The notes under the pieces are model-generated. The model was not told where the DNA came from. It was given only the letters and a program-made list of their open reading frames with translations, and did no database searches. 64,000 bases of DNA from Eledone cirrhosa (lineage: Eukaryota), in assembly GCA_964016885.1 (NCBI GenBank), contig CAXHJY010001543.1:29819-93818 (forward strand). The letters run 5' to 3'. This document shows positions 27,844-41,112 of the stretch, piece after piece. How positions within the stretch are numbered: the stretch's first letter is position 1; each line of letters opens with the position of its first letter. Position numbers and translations under genes: made by a program.

Positions 27844-28187
27844 GATGATGGTTGCACCTCGATTTCGAATAATGCCATCACTTGATACTTAAGGATGAGC
27901 ATCACGTACGTGGCTTATTAGTCTTGCTAGAGTCTTGCCAATGGCCAGCAATGCCATACATCGCAAAAAATGAAGCTTTTTTTAAGTGAGGAAAGGATTT
28001 GCATGGGGCCAATACTACTCGCTGAACATCGAATGCATCTATCTAAAAAGTGGAACTGGTCTACATCATTGTATGCAAACGCATACAAAGTCGCAGATTT
28101 TATATCAGAGTGACCTTCTCCTAGAGAGATGTCTTAATGAAGACTAGGAGTCTGTCGCTCCACAAAAAAAAAACTTTATTGGATGGC
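27844..28187 (-). repeat. Second copy of the 977-1340 repeat
   Basis: Direct similarity. Confidence 0.75.
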
Positions 28188-28192
28188 TCCAC

Positions 28193-28380
28193 GGTGGATT
28201 GGCAGTATCGGTAGAGGGTCGGACGCCATGCTTTGATGCATAGGGTTACGGCCCTTGCCATTCTGAGTTCAAATCCCACCGAGGTTAACTTTGCCTTTCA
28301 TCCTTACGGGTTCGATAAAATAAAGTACCAGTAATACACTGGGTAATTGCTGGCCTTGTGCCAAAAGTAGAAACAATTAT
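28193..28380 (+). mobile_element. tRNA-SINE (main family)
   Basis: Full A box, B box, core and tail. Confidence 0.85.
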
Positions 28381-28757
28381 TAAAAAGGAAAAGAAAATGC
28401 TGGCAAATTTTTCCCAGTGAAAAATAGTTTAATTACGAATAAGTATAAATTAGTAATAAGTATTAGTTAGTATTCAGTTTTAGTTTTAAGGTTTTACCGG
28501 TTGCGCATTTCTTATGCTTTTCAAAAATAATTTTGTGATAGAATGCTCGTGATTTTTGCTCTAATCTGATTAGAGAAAAAATCACGAGCACTCTATCTCA
28601 AAATTATTTTTGAAAAGCATAAGAAATGCGCAACCAGTAAAACCTTAAAACTAAAACTGGATACTAACTAATACTTATTACTAATTTATACTAATTAATT
28701 CCTAATTAAACTATTTTTCACTGGGAAAAATTTGTCAGCATGTTCTTTTCCTTTTTA
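28381..28757. mobile_element. Fold-back element with degenerate U3-A8 hammerheads (GAAA changed to GCAA) in both arms
   Basis: Apex ctaatc-t-gattag at 28561-28573. Arms read ttt-TTGAAAA-gcat aagaa atgc-GCAA-cc(a/g)g-TA-aaa. Confidence 0.7.
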
Positions 28758-28938
28758 TTAATATATCACAATTCGTGTGTCACACCTCTATATTTTTTTT
28801 AATATATATATATACAATTGATATTAAATTTAAATATCTCTTATACATATACATATACCACCACCCCACTCTCAAGAGCGTGAAATTAATAAACATTCGT
28901 TGTACTGCCTCTCTGTTTTGTTCCTGTTAAAATTTTCC

Positions 28939-28999
<61 letters not shown>

Positions 29000-29003
<4 letters not shown>

Positions 29004-29145
29004 AAAAAGAGATGAAATCGAAAATGCAACTGAAGTCGTATTTTTTTTTTAAATATATATATTTATTTGGTTCCTTTACCGGTTTCGCAGTTCTTCTGCT
29101 TTTCAAAAGGTGAGTTGAGATGGAGGGTCTGTGGTTTTTCTCACA

Positions 29146-29149
<4 letters not shown>
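29000..29149 (-). mobile_element. Small HHR element (family of 48065, 52405, 58174); U3-A8 hammerhead at 29073-29110
   Basis: Reverse complement reads cctt-TTGAAAA-gcag aagaa ctgc-GAAA-ccgg-TA-aagg. (TA)n flanks both sides. Confidence 0.75.
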
Positions 29150-29203
<54 letters not shown>

Positions 29204-30176
29204 TATATATATCCATATACATGTATGTGTGTATTTATTGGATCTCCGTCAATTCTGTCAAGTGTTCCAGATGTTTGACAAACGGGACTGCCTGCTCAAG
29301 GAATTTCTGTGTAAGTGACTGAGCATTCCACAGACACGTGCGACTGTAACGCAATTCTCAATGAAATTCAGCTCGACACAGAGTGGGACAAGGCTGTCCC
29401 TTTGAATTACAAGTACTGTTAAGTGTACTGGAGCAACATGAAATAAAATGTCTTGACACAACACGGCGCCGGGAATCGAACTCACGACCTTACGATTGTG
29501 AGCCGAATGCCCTAACTATTAAGCTTCTCTGTAATGAAGTTGTATATACTCAATGTCAGTATAATTGACGGGATGGTTAGGACTGGAACGTCTTTGATCA
29601 TTGGTCTGCTCTATCGCGGCTGACCTGGGGCTAAACAGTAACAACGACATCATAACTATATAAACATACCGCTTACTTTGTATTTAATCACTTACGTTTA
29701 TACAGTTTACTGATGTTGTTGTTGTTGTTGTTGTTTGCACTAAATGACCGCTTTAAAACTTGTAACCTCATGTTTTCCCCTCCGGTTACAGCTGTTATTG
29801 CTATCGACATCATCATTATTATCACCATCACCATCAACATCAAAACCTCCACCACCACCATCACCATCACCATCACCACTACTAACAACAACAATATCAC
29901 CACCACTAATACTGCCTCACCACCACCATCACAAGCAACAACACCATGCCCCTACCAACACTACCACCACCATTATCACTATCACTACCAACCGCCATCA
30001 CCACCATTGTCCATTAAAGTCCTATTATCTTTATTTAGGGGCCAATACTGTTGTTACCTTTGTTTTCATTTCATTTTCTCGCCTGTCGTTTCACCTTAAA
30101 GTCGGCGTTTGGGTTTCAATACCAAAGTAATCAGATTTGACCCCTTTTTATATTATTATTATTATCATTATTATCA

Positions 30177-30945
30177 TATAGAGTTACGACCCTTGCCATT
30201 CTGAGTTCAAATCCCACCGGAGTTAACTTTGCCTTTCATCCTTACGGGGTCGATAAAATAAAGTACCAGTAATGCACTGGGTAATTGCTGGCCTTGTGCG
30301 GGGTCGATAAAATAAAGTACCAGTAATGCACTGGGTAATTGCTGGCCTTGTGCTTAAAAGTAGAAACAATTATTATCAATAAAGTACCAGTAATGCAGTG
30401 GGATAATTGCTGGCCTTGTGCCAAAAGTAGAAACAATTATTATTATTATTATCATTAGAGTGGTGGAATGGCAGTTTCGGTGGAGCGCCGGACACCATGC
30501 TTAACAGCATAGAGTTACGGCCCTTTACGTTCTTAGTTCAAATCCCTCCGAGGTTAGTTTTGCCTTTTATCCTTACTTGGTCGATAAAATAAAGCACCAG
30601 TCACATACTGGGGTCGATTTAATCGACTCTCCCGTCCCCCAAAATTGCTGGCCTTGTGCCTATATAAGAAACCATTATTATCATTAGGGTGGTGAATTGT
30701 CAGTATCGGTAGAGCGTTGGACACCATGCTTCGTGGCATAGAGTTACGTCCCTTTACGTTCTTGGTTCAAATCCCGCCGAGGTTAGCTTTTAGACGTCCT
30801 TTTTTTTTTTTTTTTTTTTATCCATCTCGAAAGGATGGAAATCAAAGTTGACCTCGGCGGGATTTGAACTCAGAGAGTAGAAATCCGGAACGAATACCAC
30901 AAAATACTCTATACGGCGTTCTAACGACTCTGAGAATTTGCTGCC
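30177..30945. mobile_element. Cluster of main-family SINEs with internal duplications; last copy on the minus strand
   Basis: Repeated ataaagtaccagtaatgca..gctggccttgtgc segments. Heads at ~30460 and ~30688. Confidence 0.8.
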
Positions 30946-32060
30946 TTCAGGAAAGTTTGGAAATATGTAAATTGCTTAAATCACAGCATTACAGCGTGTA
31001 TGGGTAGGATCGAAACTGTAGTGTTAGCACTTGTAGAAAGTAGCCCAGCTATATTGTTCTTAACACCTGTGGTGCCTGCAATTAGTACGAACTATTTGTC
31101 AGATTTCTAAAGCTGTAACATGGCCTCACTTCTCAGAATATAACAAAAATAGATAATTCTATAAAATTTACCATTTTCCTTTCTAATTATGAAAGTGAAT
31201 TGATCACCTAAGACGATATAAGGCAATAGAAGAAAGATGAAAAAAGAAAAGGACTGAAAAGAAAGAAAGAAAGAAAGGAAGTAGGAAAGAAAGAAAGAAA
31301 GAAAAGAAGAAATATATAAAGAAAGAAGAATGAATAAATGAAAGAGCGGTTAGAGAGAAAAACTGTGGTATGCTACATACACAGTCATCTCTATCATTTG
31401 ATATTTGCGTTCAATAATGAACACATTTTTAGTATAAAAAGAAGAGAAAGAAAACGAGATATAAAAAGACGTATATTCTTTAATAATAGAAGCGAAATCC
31501 TCCGAGGATTTTTTATATATTTTTTAACCATTACAAAAGAATCACTAGAATAGTTATCTTTTGTAAATGGTGCACACTTGCACACGAAGTCCCCTTAGCT
31601 GTTAATTAAGAGAAAAGTGCTTTTCCTTGCTAGCCTTGAGTAATACAGATAAGTTTGTTTACGTGTAACAAAGACAGAGAAAAGGTAGTTCAATAAAAAG
31701 ACATATCTTTTTCAATGATACCGGATTTCGACTGAAAATGATATGTAGTTTCCTAAATTTTCAATTGAGATCGCTTTATGCGATCCACGATAACATTAAA
31801 AGAAGCTAGCGGTTGATTTACCACACAAAAGATTCAGATTCGGTGTGAAGCAAAGGAGAGATGCTAAGATGAGGAAAAAATGTATATAGACGTAAATAGA
31901 TACATGCATACATACGTACGTACGTATGTATGTACATACATATATACATATATATACACACATACATACATATATACACACATACGTACAGACAGACGTA
32001 TGTGTGATTGTATGTATGCGTGTACGTGAGCGGGCGCGTATGTGCGTGTGTATATAAATA

Positions 32061-32199
<139 letters not shown>

Positions 32200-32225
32200 T
32201 TTACACACACACATGATTACATACA

Positions 32226-32348
<123 letters not shown>

Positions 32349-32488
32349 GCATATATAATGTGGTAGAGAAATCGAAACAAACAAAAGAAGGGGTTTGAAA
32401 AAAAATGCACAACATATGAAATGGAATGTACAGAATAAAAGTGGATGAATCATATATACATACGTGTATGTATGCATATGAGTGTGTG

Positions 32489-32637
<149 letters not shown>

Positions 32638-32648
32638 ATATATATAAA

Positions 32649-32878
<230 letters not shown>

Positions 32879-32885
32879 CATATAT

Positions 32886-32961
<76 letters not shown>

Positions 32962-33117
32962 GTATATAAACTAAATAAAATAAACTATGTCTTTCTTTGC
33001 GGAAACTTGAAGATTTTCGCATAAATTATGAAAATATATGCATCTATAAATATATATGCGTGTGTGCGCGCGCATGTGCATAGTATACTCGAAAATTATA
33101 TATATTCTCGAAAATTG

Positions 33118-33180
<63 letters not shown>

Positions 33181-33193
33181 TTCTATACCTTAC

Positions 33194-33235
<42 letters not shown>

Positions 33236-33453
33236 GGAAATCAGTAAAATCGAATCTCTGGCGGTTTGCAAGTAAATTCGGCCTACTTATATGAAGTGAT
33301 GAGTTAGCAAGGCACTCGATAAGGTAGGGCCTTAAAGTAATAACATACGTTTAAATAGCTTGACAAATCGAACATTGTGGTAGGCTAAACCAACACACAA
33401 TATGTACCAAAGCAACGATAGAACTTATCAGGTTGAGAAAGGTATATATATAA

Positions 33454-33485
<32 letters not shown>

Positions 33486-33486
<1 letters not shown>

Positions 33487-33673
33487 ATTGTTTCTACTTT
33501 TGGCACAAGGCCAGCAGTTACCCAGTGCATTACTGGTACTTTATTTTATCGACCCCCGTAAGGATGAAAGGCAAAGTTAACCTCGACGGGATTTGAACTC
33601 AAACCGTAAAGGGACGTAACTATGCTGGAAAGCATGGCGTCCGACCCTCTACCGATACTGCCAATCCACCGCC
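33486..33673 (-). mobile_element. tRNA-SINE (main family)
   Basis: Reverse complement of the family sequence. Other minus copies lie at 34772-34922 and 35150-35318. Confidence 0.85.
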
Positions 33674-33825
33674 CTATATATATATATATATAAGCAAGAA
33701 AGTAAGTGTTGGTAAAATCCAGTACTTCAGTATGCGGGTAGGGAGCACTCAACGAAGATATAAGTTCCGGAGTTATAATAGTGACGAAACATAAGTCAAT
33801 TGCATGAACTCATAATCCTTTATTT

Positions 33826-33881
33826 ACTGCTATATATATTTCGACGATAGCCATTGAATGGCTATGACCTCATCAGGCAGT
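33826..33881 (-). ncRNA. Type I hammerhead, first of six at +135-nt intervals
   Basis: Reverse complement reads actgc-CTGATGA-ggtc atagccat tca atggctat cgtc-GAAA-tatata-TA-gcagt. Confidence 0.85.
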
Positions 33882-34633
33882 TAGTCAGTTCTTAGATATG
33901 CCAGCTCTGTGTTTATAGTGTTCATGGTATCAGATACCATGAACTCATAAACCTTTATTTACTGCTATATATATTTCGACGATAGCCATTGAATGGCTAT
34001 GACCTCATCAGGCAGTTAGTCAGTTCTTAGATATGCCAGCTCTGTGTTTATAGTGTTCATGGTATCAGATACCATGAACTCATAAACCTTTATTTACTGC
34101 TATATATATTTCGACGATAGCCATTGAATGGCTATGACCTCATCAGGCAGTTAGTCAGTTCTTAGATATGCCAGCTCTGTGTTTATAGTGTTCATGGTAT
34201 CAGATACCATGAACTCATAAACCTTTATTTACTGCTATATATATTTCGACGATAGCCATTGAATGGCTATGACCTCATCAGGCAGTTAGTCAGTTCTTAG
34301 ATATGCCAGCTCTGTGTTTATAGTGTTCATGGTATCAGATACCATGAACTCATAAACCTTTATTTACTGCTATATATATTTCGACGATAGCCATTGAATG
34401 GCTATGACCTCATCAGGCAGTTAGTCAGTTCTTAGATATGCCAGCTCTGTGTTTATAGTGTTCATGGTATCAGATACCATGAACTCATAAACCTTTATTT
34501 ACTGCTATATATATTTCGACGATAGCCATTGAATGGCTATGACCTCATCAGGCAGTTAGTCAGTTCTTAGATATGCCAGCTCTGATACCATCAACACTAT
34601 AAACACAGAGCTGGCATATCTAAGAACTGACTA

Positions 34634-34689
34634 ACTGCCTGATGAGGTCATAGCCATTCAATGGCTATCATCGAAATATATATAGCAGT
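34634..34689 (+). ncRNA. Type I hammerhead (inverted copy)
   Basis: actgc-CTGATGA-ggtcatagccattcaatggctatcatc-GAAA-tatata-TA-gcagt, then AATAAA. Confidence 0.85.
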
Positions 34690-34730
34690 AAATAAAGGAT
34701 TATGAGTTCATGCAATTGACTTATGTTTCG

Positions 34731-34773
<43 letters not shown>

Positions 34774-34932
34774 ATTGCTTCTACTTTTGGCACAAAGCCA
34801 GCAATTACCCAGTACATTACTAGTACTTTATTTTATCGACCCCGTATGGATGAAAGGCAAAGTTAACCTCGGCGGGATTTGAACTCAGATCGTAAAGGGA
34901 GGTAACTATATGCTTGAAAGCATGTATATATA

Positions 34933-35003
<71 letters not shown>

Positions 35004-35467
35004 ACGTACATGCACATATGTATACAGACGTACAGTAGTATGTGTATATATACATACATGCACACATATATATATGCACATATCGTTTTACCGAACATTT
35101 ATTATAATGCTCGGTTTGTTTGTTTGTTTACAAACAAACCGAGCATTATAATTGTTTCTACTTTAGGCACAAGGCCAGCAATTATCCAGTGCATTACTGG
35201 TACTTTATTTTATCGTCCCCGTAAGGATGAAAGGCAAAGTCAACCTCGGCGGGATTTGAACTCAGATCGTTAAGGGACGCAACTATGATGGAAAGCATGG
35301 CGTCCGACCCTCTACCGATGTGCATATATATATGTGTGCATCTATGTATATATATACATACTACTGTACGTCTGTATACATATGTGTATGTACGTATACA
35401 TACATGCTTACATTTAAGTAAGTGCCGTACTAAGAGTGAGAAATGAAATTTCGTTTCATTCTATTCC

Positions 35468-35520
<53 letters not shown>

Positions 35521-35676
35521 TATAAAAGAGAAAACACAGGTAAGCATTAAGAGAAGGATTTTATCCAGGTATTTACGACCGTTTCATTGGTAAGTGCAAC
35601 CTTATATTGCTATACTGCAAATAGCAGCCACTCAATTATAATTGTTGTTCACAGTCCAAATTTTCAAAATAATTCT

Positions 35677-35731
<55 letters not shown>

Positions 35732-35927
35732 TTTCTCTCTCCCATATCTCTCTCTATCTCTCTCTGTTTTTCTTTACATACATTTATTCCTTCTCACCGT
35801 CTTTCTTTTTAACTGTGCTTAACACTAAATATTTACAAACATTTCACTACCAAACCAACTTTTTTAAATGGAAGTTGAACAATATTTATGGTACGTCAAA
35901 TTTATTTATAAAACTGCTTATATATTG

Positions 35928-35993
35928 TATTTTATCTGAAGAAGGCATGCCATATTTTTAATATGGTATCCCTGAAATATGTATAATGAAATA
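35928..35993 (+). ncRNA. Type I hammerhead (CUGAAGA), related to the 73-504 family
   Basis: tattttat-CTGAAGA-agg c atgccatatt ttt aatatggtat c cct-GAAA-tatgta-TA-atgaaata. Confidence 0.75.
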
Positions 35994-36426
35994 AATATGG
36001 TTTTATAAATATAGTTTCCATTTGTTTAATATCGTATATATATATATATTTCCATAATGTATGCGAAAATCTTAGTATATTTTACTTATTTATGTGCGAT
36101 GCAGTAAGATCACATAAGAACAGCGTTCTCCAAATATTTCTTCAAATAAAACGAATTTAAAATAGTCCAACGTCATGACATTTTAATTGTCCTAGTTCAA
36201 AACAAAAATGAGAAACACTCATTACCTGTTTCCATTCTATTTACTTCGACTGAACAACTGAGGTTCTATCACAATACTTAATTTTTTTTAATCGTAAAAT
36301 AACTGCCCTCGTTTATTTCTCGCAGGACCAGTGGCCTACCCCTCCTACTCCCACTTTGATGTTAGAACATTCAATTACCAAATACATTAAATGTGGTAAA
36401 AATATAAGTAAGTTGCGTTTTATTAT

Positions 36427-36531
36427 TGTCTTTTCAAAGATACCAACTCGTGCGCATTCTATGCCAAGAGAGTGACCAGTATGCCTAAGGACATCCAATT
36501 TGTACGCAGAATCCGTAGTGAGAAAGCTTAA
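36427..36531 (+). pseudogene. H3: Histone H3 C-terminal fragment (not in the ORF track)
   Basis: Translates [34 protein letters not shown]. It matches 24 of 33 residues of H3 [33 protein letters not shown], with the stop at the native position. Confidence 0.85.
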
Positions 36532-36848
36532 AATGTTTTAAACATCGTCTATTTTGTCTATTTCATATATTCTTATGGTATGTATGTATGTATGTATGTA
36601 TGTATGTATGTATGTATGTATGTATGTATGTATGTATGTATGGATCTATGTATGTATGTATGTATGTATGTATGTATGTATGTATGTATGTATGTATGTA
36701 TGTATGTTCTTCTGGTTTTATAATTTCCCAAAGTTTTACCAATAGAGAGAGAGAGTCCGTTTCTAACATAGACACAAGACTCTCTCATTGGAATTTACAC
36801 ATCAACTAGGTAGATATGTATGTATGCATGCATGTGTAGATATGGATG

Positions 36849-37720
36849 TTATTGTATGTGTAGTTGTGTTCTTTCTGTTCCTGTGAACCCTAGCTTCTCA
36901 AGATTTGTATTGAGGCAGTTACTAACATACCCCAGTGCCCCAATAATCACAGGCATAAATCTGAAGGTGTAATCAGGGTGGAGTATCTGCAGATTTCTCA
37001 TCAGTTCTGCATAAATATTCTCCTTTTCACTAATCTTTGATATTATATTAGCATCTGCTGGGCAGCTAATTTCCACTACTGTGCATGCTTTCTTCTCCCT
37101 GTCCCATATCATAATATCTGGTCTGTTATGCCTGCATTTTATTGGGGTTTTACTGGAACATTCCACCAGTACTCGTTCATATTATGTACATGGATGTCTT
37201 CAAACATTGCTGTAGCTTTTAATGTGTTTATTATCGGGGCTATCTTTTTTACGAACTGTATTGTACAGTGTTTTGACCACTACATCATGCCTCATAGGTA
37301 GATAGTACATCTTTGGACAGCTGCTGATGACATGGGTGATATCCTCGATGTTAGTTCTGCAGAGTCTGCACTTGTTATCACATCTAGGTGTTTTGCCTGC
37401 ATCCCTATCTCTTTTGTGAATCAGGTATTTCGTATTAATCTCCTGTTCTTGGATTGCAAAAGCATATTCTTCAAAGTGGGAGTCAATATAGCGGTTGTTG
37501 GTCCAAGATAGACCACTTTCCTTATCTATATTACTCTCACTAAGGAGCTTCTTGGCAACATACCCATGCATGATTTTTTGCTGATAAGTATGCAGTTTTT
37601 CATCCATAGATACACTGCGATACTGCTGAGCGACTTCCCTGGGTGTGAGGTTTTGATTATCACACAGGGAATATCTCTCGAGTAGTTCCTTCCCAACTCT
37701 CATGATCTTATCTGTTTCAT
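36849..37720 (-). mobile_element. R4/Dong-like non-LTR retrotransposon fragment (CCHC knuckle plus restriction-like endonuclease), frameshifted
   Basis: CRLC..EDITHVISSC..RHD and NRPDIMIWD..VVEISCP..EK..Y motifs. Confidence 0.85.
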
Positions 37721-38800
37721 GCGTATGTATGTATGTATGTATGTATGTATGTATGTATGTATGTATGTATGTATGTATGTATGTATGTATGTATGTTTGT
37801 ATGTATGTATGTATGTGTTTATGTATGTATGAATGTGTGTATGTATGTGTGTATGTATGTGTGTATGTATGTATGTGTGTATGTATGTATGAATGTGTGA
37901 ATGTATGTGTATGTATGTATGTATGAATGTGTGTATGTATGTGTGTATGTATGTATGTATGAATGTGTGTATGTATGTCTGTATGTATGTATGTATGAAT
38001 GTTTGTATGTGTGTATGTATGTATGTATGAATGTGTGTATGTATGTGTGTATGTATGTATGTATGAATGTGTGTATGTATGTATGTATGTATGTATGAGT
38101 GTGTGTATGTATGTATGAATGTGTGTATGTATGTATGTATGTATGTATGTATGTATGTATGTATGTGTGTATGTATGTGTGTATGTATGTGTGTATGTAT
38201 GTGTGTATGTATGTATGTATGAATGTGTGTATGTGTGTGTGTATGAATGTGTGTATGTATGTGTGTATGTATGTATGAATGTATGTATGTATGTATGTGT
38301 GTATGTATGTTTGTATGTATGTATGTATGAATGTGTGTATGTATGTATGTATGAATGTGTGTATGTATGTGTGTATGTATGTATGTGTGTATGAATGTGT
38401 GTATGTATGTATGTGTGTATGAATGTGTGTATGTATGTGTGAATGTGTGTATGTATGTATGTATGTATGTATGTATGTGTGTGTGTATGTATGTATGTAT
38501 GTATGTATGTATGTATGTATGTATGAATGTGTGTATGTATGTATGTATGTATGAATGTGTGAATGTATGTGTGTATGTATGTATGAATGTGTGTATGTAT
38601 GTGTGTATGTATGTATGTATGTATGTATGTATGTATGTATGAATGTGTGTACGTATGTGTGTGTGTGTATGTATGTATGTATGTATGTATGTATGTATGT
38701 ATGTATGTATGTATGTATGTGTGTATGTATGTATGTATGTATGTATGTATGTATGTATGTATGTATGTATGTATGTATGTATGTGTATGTAAATATGTAT
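37721..38800 (+). repeat. ~1.1-kb degenerate (TATG)n microsatellite
   Basis: Direct reading. Confidence 0.95.
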
Positions 38801-39609
38801 GTATTGACCCGTAACTCATGGGAGTCTGATTATCATTAGATTAGCGAGCGCTGAGGAACAGAAACCACTGTAATAAGGGTCGAAGAGGCAGAAGGAGGAG
38901 ACAGATCGACTTTGGGCTAATAGCTAGAGTGTATTTATGTAGATCACAGGTTCTCAATCCATTTAGGCCAAACGCCCCCTTTTGTCCCTCGAAATCACGA
39001 AACGCCCCCCTACCCTATTTTTCCATTTTTCAATATACTACTGATTTTGATATCTGTAGATTACTAAAAAATTGATTAACAATATTCCAAAGATACCATT
39101 GCAGGCAGCTGAGAGTATAAATACATTCCTTGAAAGGAAATATATAAATTTCAAAAAAAGGAACATAAATGTTCTTTTTTATGAATAAGGACCAGTTGAA
39201 TTTGTTATATTCCCACCAGGCGATACCAGCTATTTTGAACCTTTATACAAGAGCAACTCTGTCTATCCAAAGAGTGCTCTTATCTGGAAGAAAGTGGCAA
39301 TTATATCATTTCAAAGCTTTCCAATTTTCCCTTTAATGAAATGGACAGAATAAATGTTGATATCAAACTTGATGTCCCCTCTGCTTTGTGAGCTTAGAGA
39401 CCACGGAAGAGGGTTTTCATGACCACGCGGGAGGGTATATTTATTAGTAAATGGTAAAATATATACAACAAATGAGTAAGTGAATTGTAGTAGATGGTTT
39501 CCAGTCCAGTCAGACTGCAACTACAAATAAAAAAATTGTTAGTTTTCTTTGTAACAATAGCATATCTAAGTTTTCAGATAAATCAACTTACTTTAACTTT
39601 GACCTCATT

Positions 39610-40675
39610 TCAATGGGACCCTTGAACTTTATGGAGTCTAGCTAACTCTTTGACGTCAGGCTAGATTTTCGTAAGATGTAGCCGGAGATCTCCACATGTA
39701 ATTACATTGTAGCGGTTGCGAGCCTTACTGTGCAGTCTGGAAACAGCACCAAACCTCCTCTTGACTAAGTATGAGCTTGGAAAAGGCAGAGCAAATCTCT
39801 TAGCCTCTGCATGTAGGTGTGGAAATCGACGCTGAATTTCCTCTTGCATCCAAAAAAGGGGTTCACCTATTTTGGGAAATCTAATTTTGATCATGTCATC
39901 TGCTTGAAGTTCAATGAATTTTTCCTGAAATATAACGTCCAAATCATCGACGTTAGCTATGAAGGGATCTGCTACCCACATTGGGATGTCCATCGGCAAA
40001 AGGTTGACAAACCATTCTTTCATGTTGTCTTGTAGCGCACGGAAGTGAACGGTATACATTTGGAGTTGGTCATCACTTACAATGTTTTGAACATTGGCGA
40101 CACTAGGAAAATTATAGAATTCCCGTCAACAAAGATTCCTTTCGATGACATTCAATTTGGCCAGGAATGTTTTCACAGCATTCCTTGTTTAAGCAAGGTG
40201 ATCTTCTTCCCCTGCAAAGCCAAAATGACGCTAATGCATTTGTCAACGATGTCAGTGAGGTAGGCGCAGTTTTGCCTCATATCGAGGGTTTTCTTGTACA
40301 GTTCTGTGTTGCATCCTTGCAGACACTCAATGATAGAGTCGAACAGTTCAAAGAAGTGAGTAAGGCACTTGCCCTTTGAAAGCCACCTCACTTCATTATG
40401 AAGGAGAAACTTGACTAATTCTTCGTCATTATCTTGGCACAGTTGCCGGAAAATTCGTTCATTGAGAGAATGCCGTTTGATAAAATTGATGACATTAGGG
40501 GCCACCTGCAAGGACTTGCTCAGTGGCTTGCTGAGTTTCTTCACAGCCAAGTGTTGTCGATGAATGACACAATGAACAACAAATACAGATAGATTTTCTC
40601 TCTTCAGAAGAGTGACGAAACCCTTATGTTGGCCGACCATTGCTCTTGCGTCGTCCGTAGCACATGATACAATGT
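39610..40675 (-). pseudogene. hAT transposase C-terminal half (ZBED8/SCAND3-like family), disrupted
   Basis: CATDDARAMVG, HCVIHRQHL, EVRWLSKG, FPSSYL..FGAV, GDLRL and terminal QGSH*. Contains frameshifts and an in-frame stop. Confidence 0.9.
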
Positions 40676-41112
40676 GTGTTGTATTTGGTCCTAGATGTAT
40701 GTATTACCTGCCTGTGTGTTGTAGGTAGTCCTAGATGTATGTATTACCTGCTATGTATTGCATGTGGTCCTAGATGTATGTATTACCTGATTATGTGTTG
40801 TATGTGGTCCTAGATGTTTGTATTACCTGATTATGTGTTGTATGTGGTCCTAGATGTTTGTATTGCCTGCTTATGTGTTGTATGTGGTCCTAAATGTATG
40901 TATTACTTGCCTGTGTGTTATATGTGGTCTTAGATGTGTGTGCTACCTCCTTATGTGTTGCATGTGGTCCTAGATGTGTGTATTACCTGCTTATGTGTTG
41001 TATGTGGTCCTATATGTGTGTATTACCTGCTTATGTGTTGTATGTGGTCCTAGATGTGTGTATTATCTGATTATGTGTTGTATGTGGTCCTAGATGTGTG
41101 TGCTACCCGCTT
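40674..41112 (+). repeat. 40-bp minisatellite, about 11 copies, inside the hAT element
   Basis: Units of tatgtgttgtatgtggtcctagatgtgtgtattacctgct. Confidence 0.92.

Larger units (their letters stand above)
33695..34738 (-). mobile_element. Array of six 135-bp hammerhead-containing units closed by one inverted copy
   Basis: Period 135 (actgc at 33826, 33961 ... 34501). 34584-34738 is the reverse complement of the first unit and its flank. (TA)n flanks both sides. Confidence 0.9.

Noticed and set aside
33803-34583. CRISPR-like array
   Set aside because: Units are wholly identical with no unique spacers, the context is eukaryotic, and there are no cas genes.
37200-38819. 539-aa ORF as a single protein
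   Set aside because: Chance in-frame fusion of the (CATA)n tract with the R4/Dong LINE fragment.
40674-41112. CRISPR-like 40-bp repeats
   Set aside because: Contiguous degenerate minisatellite without spacers.
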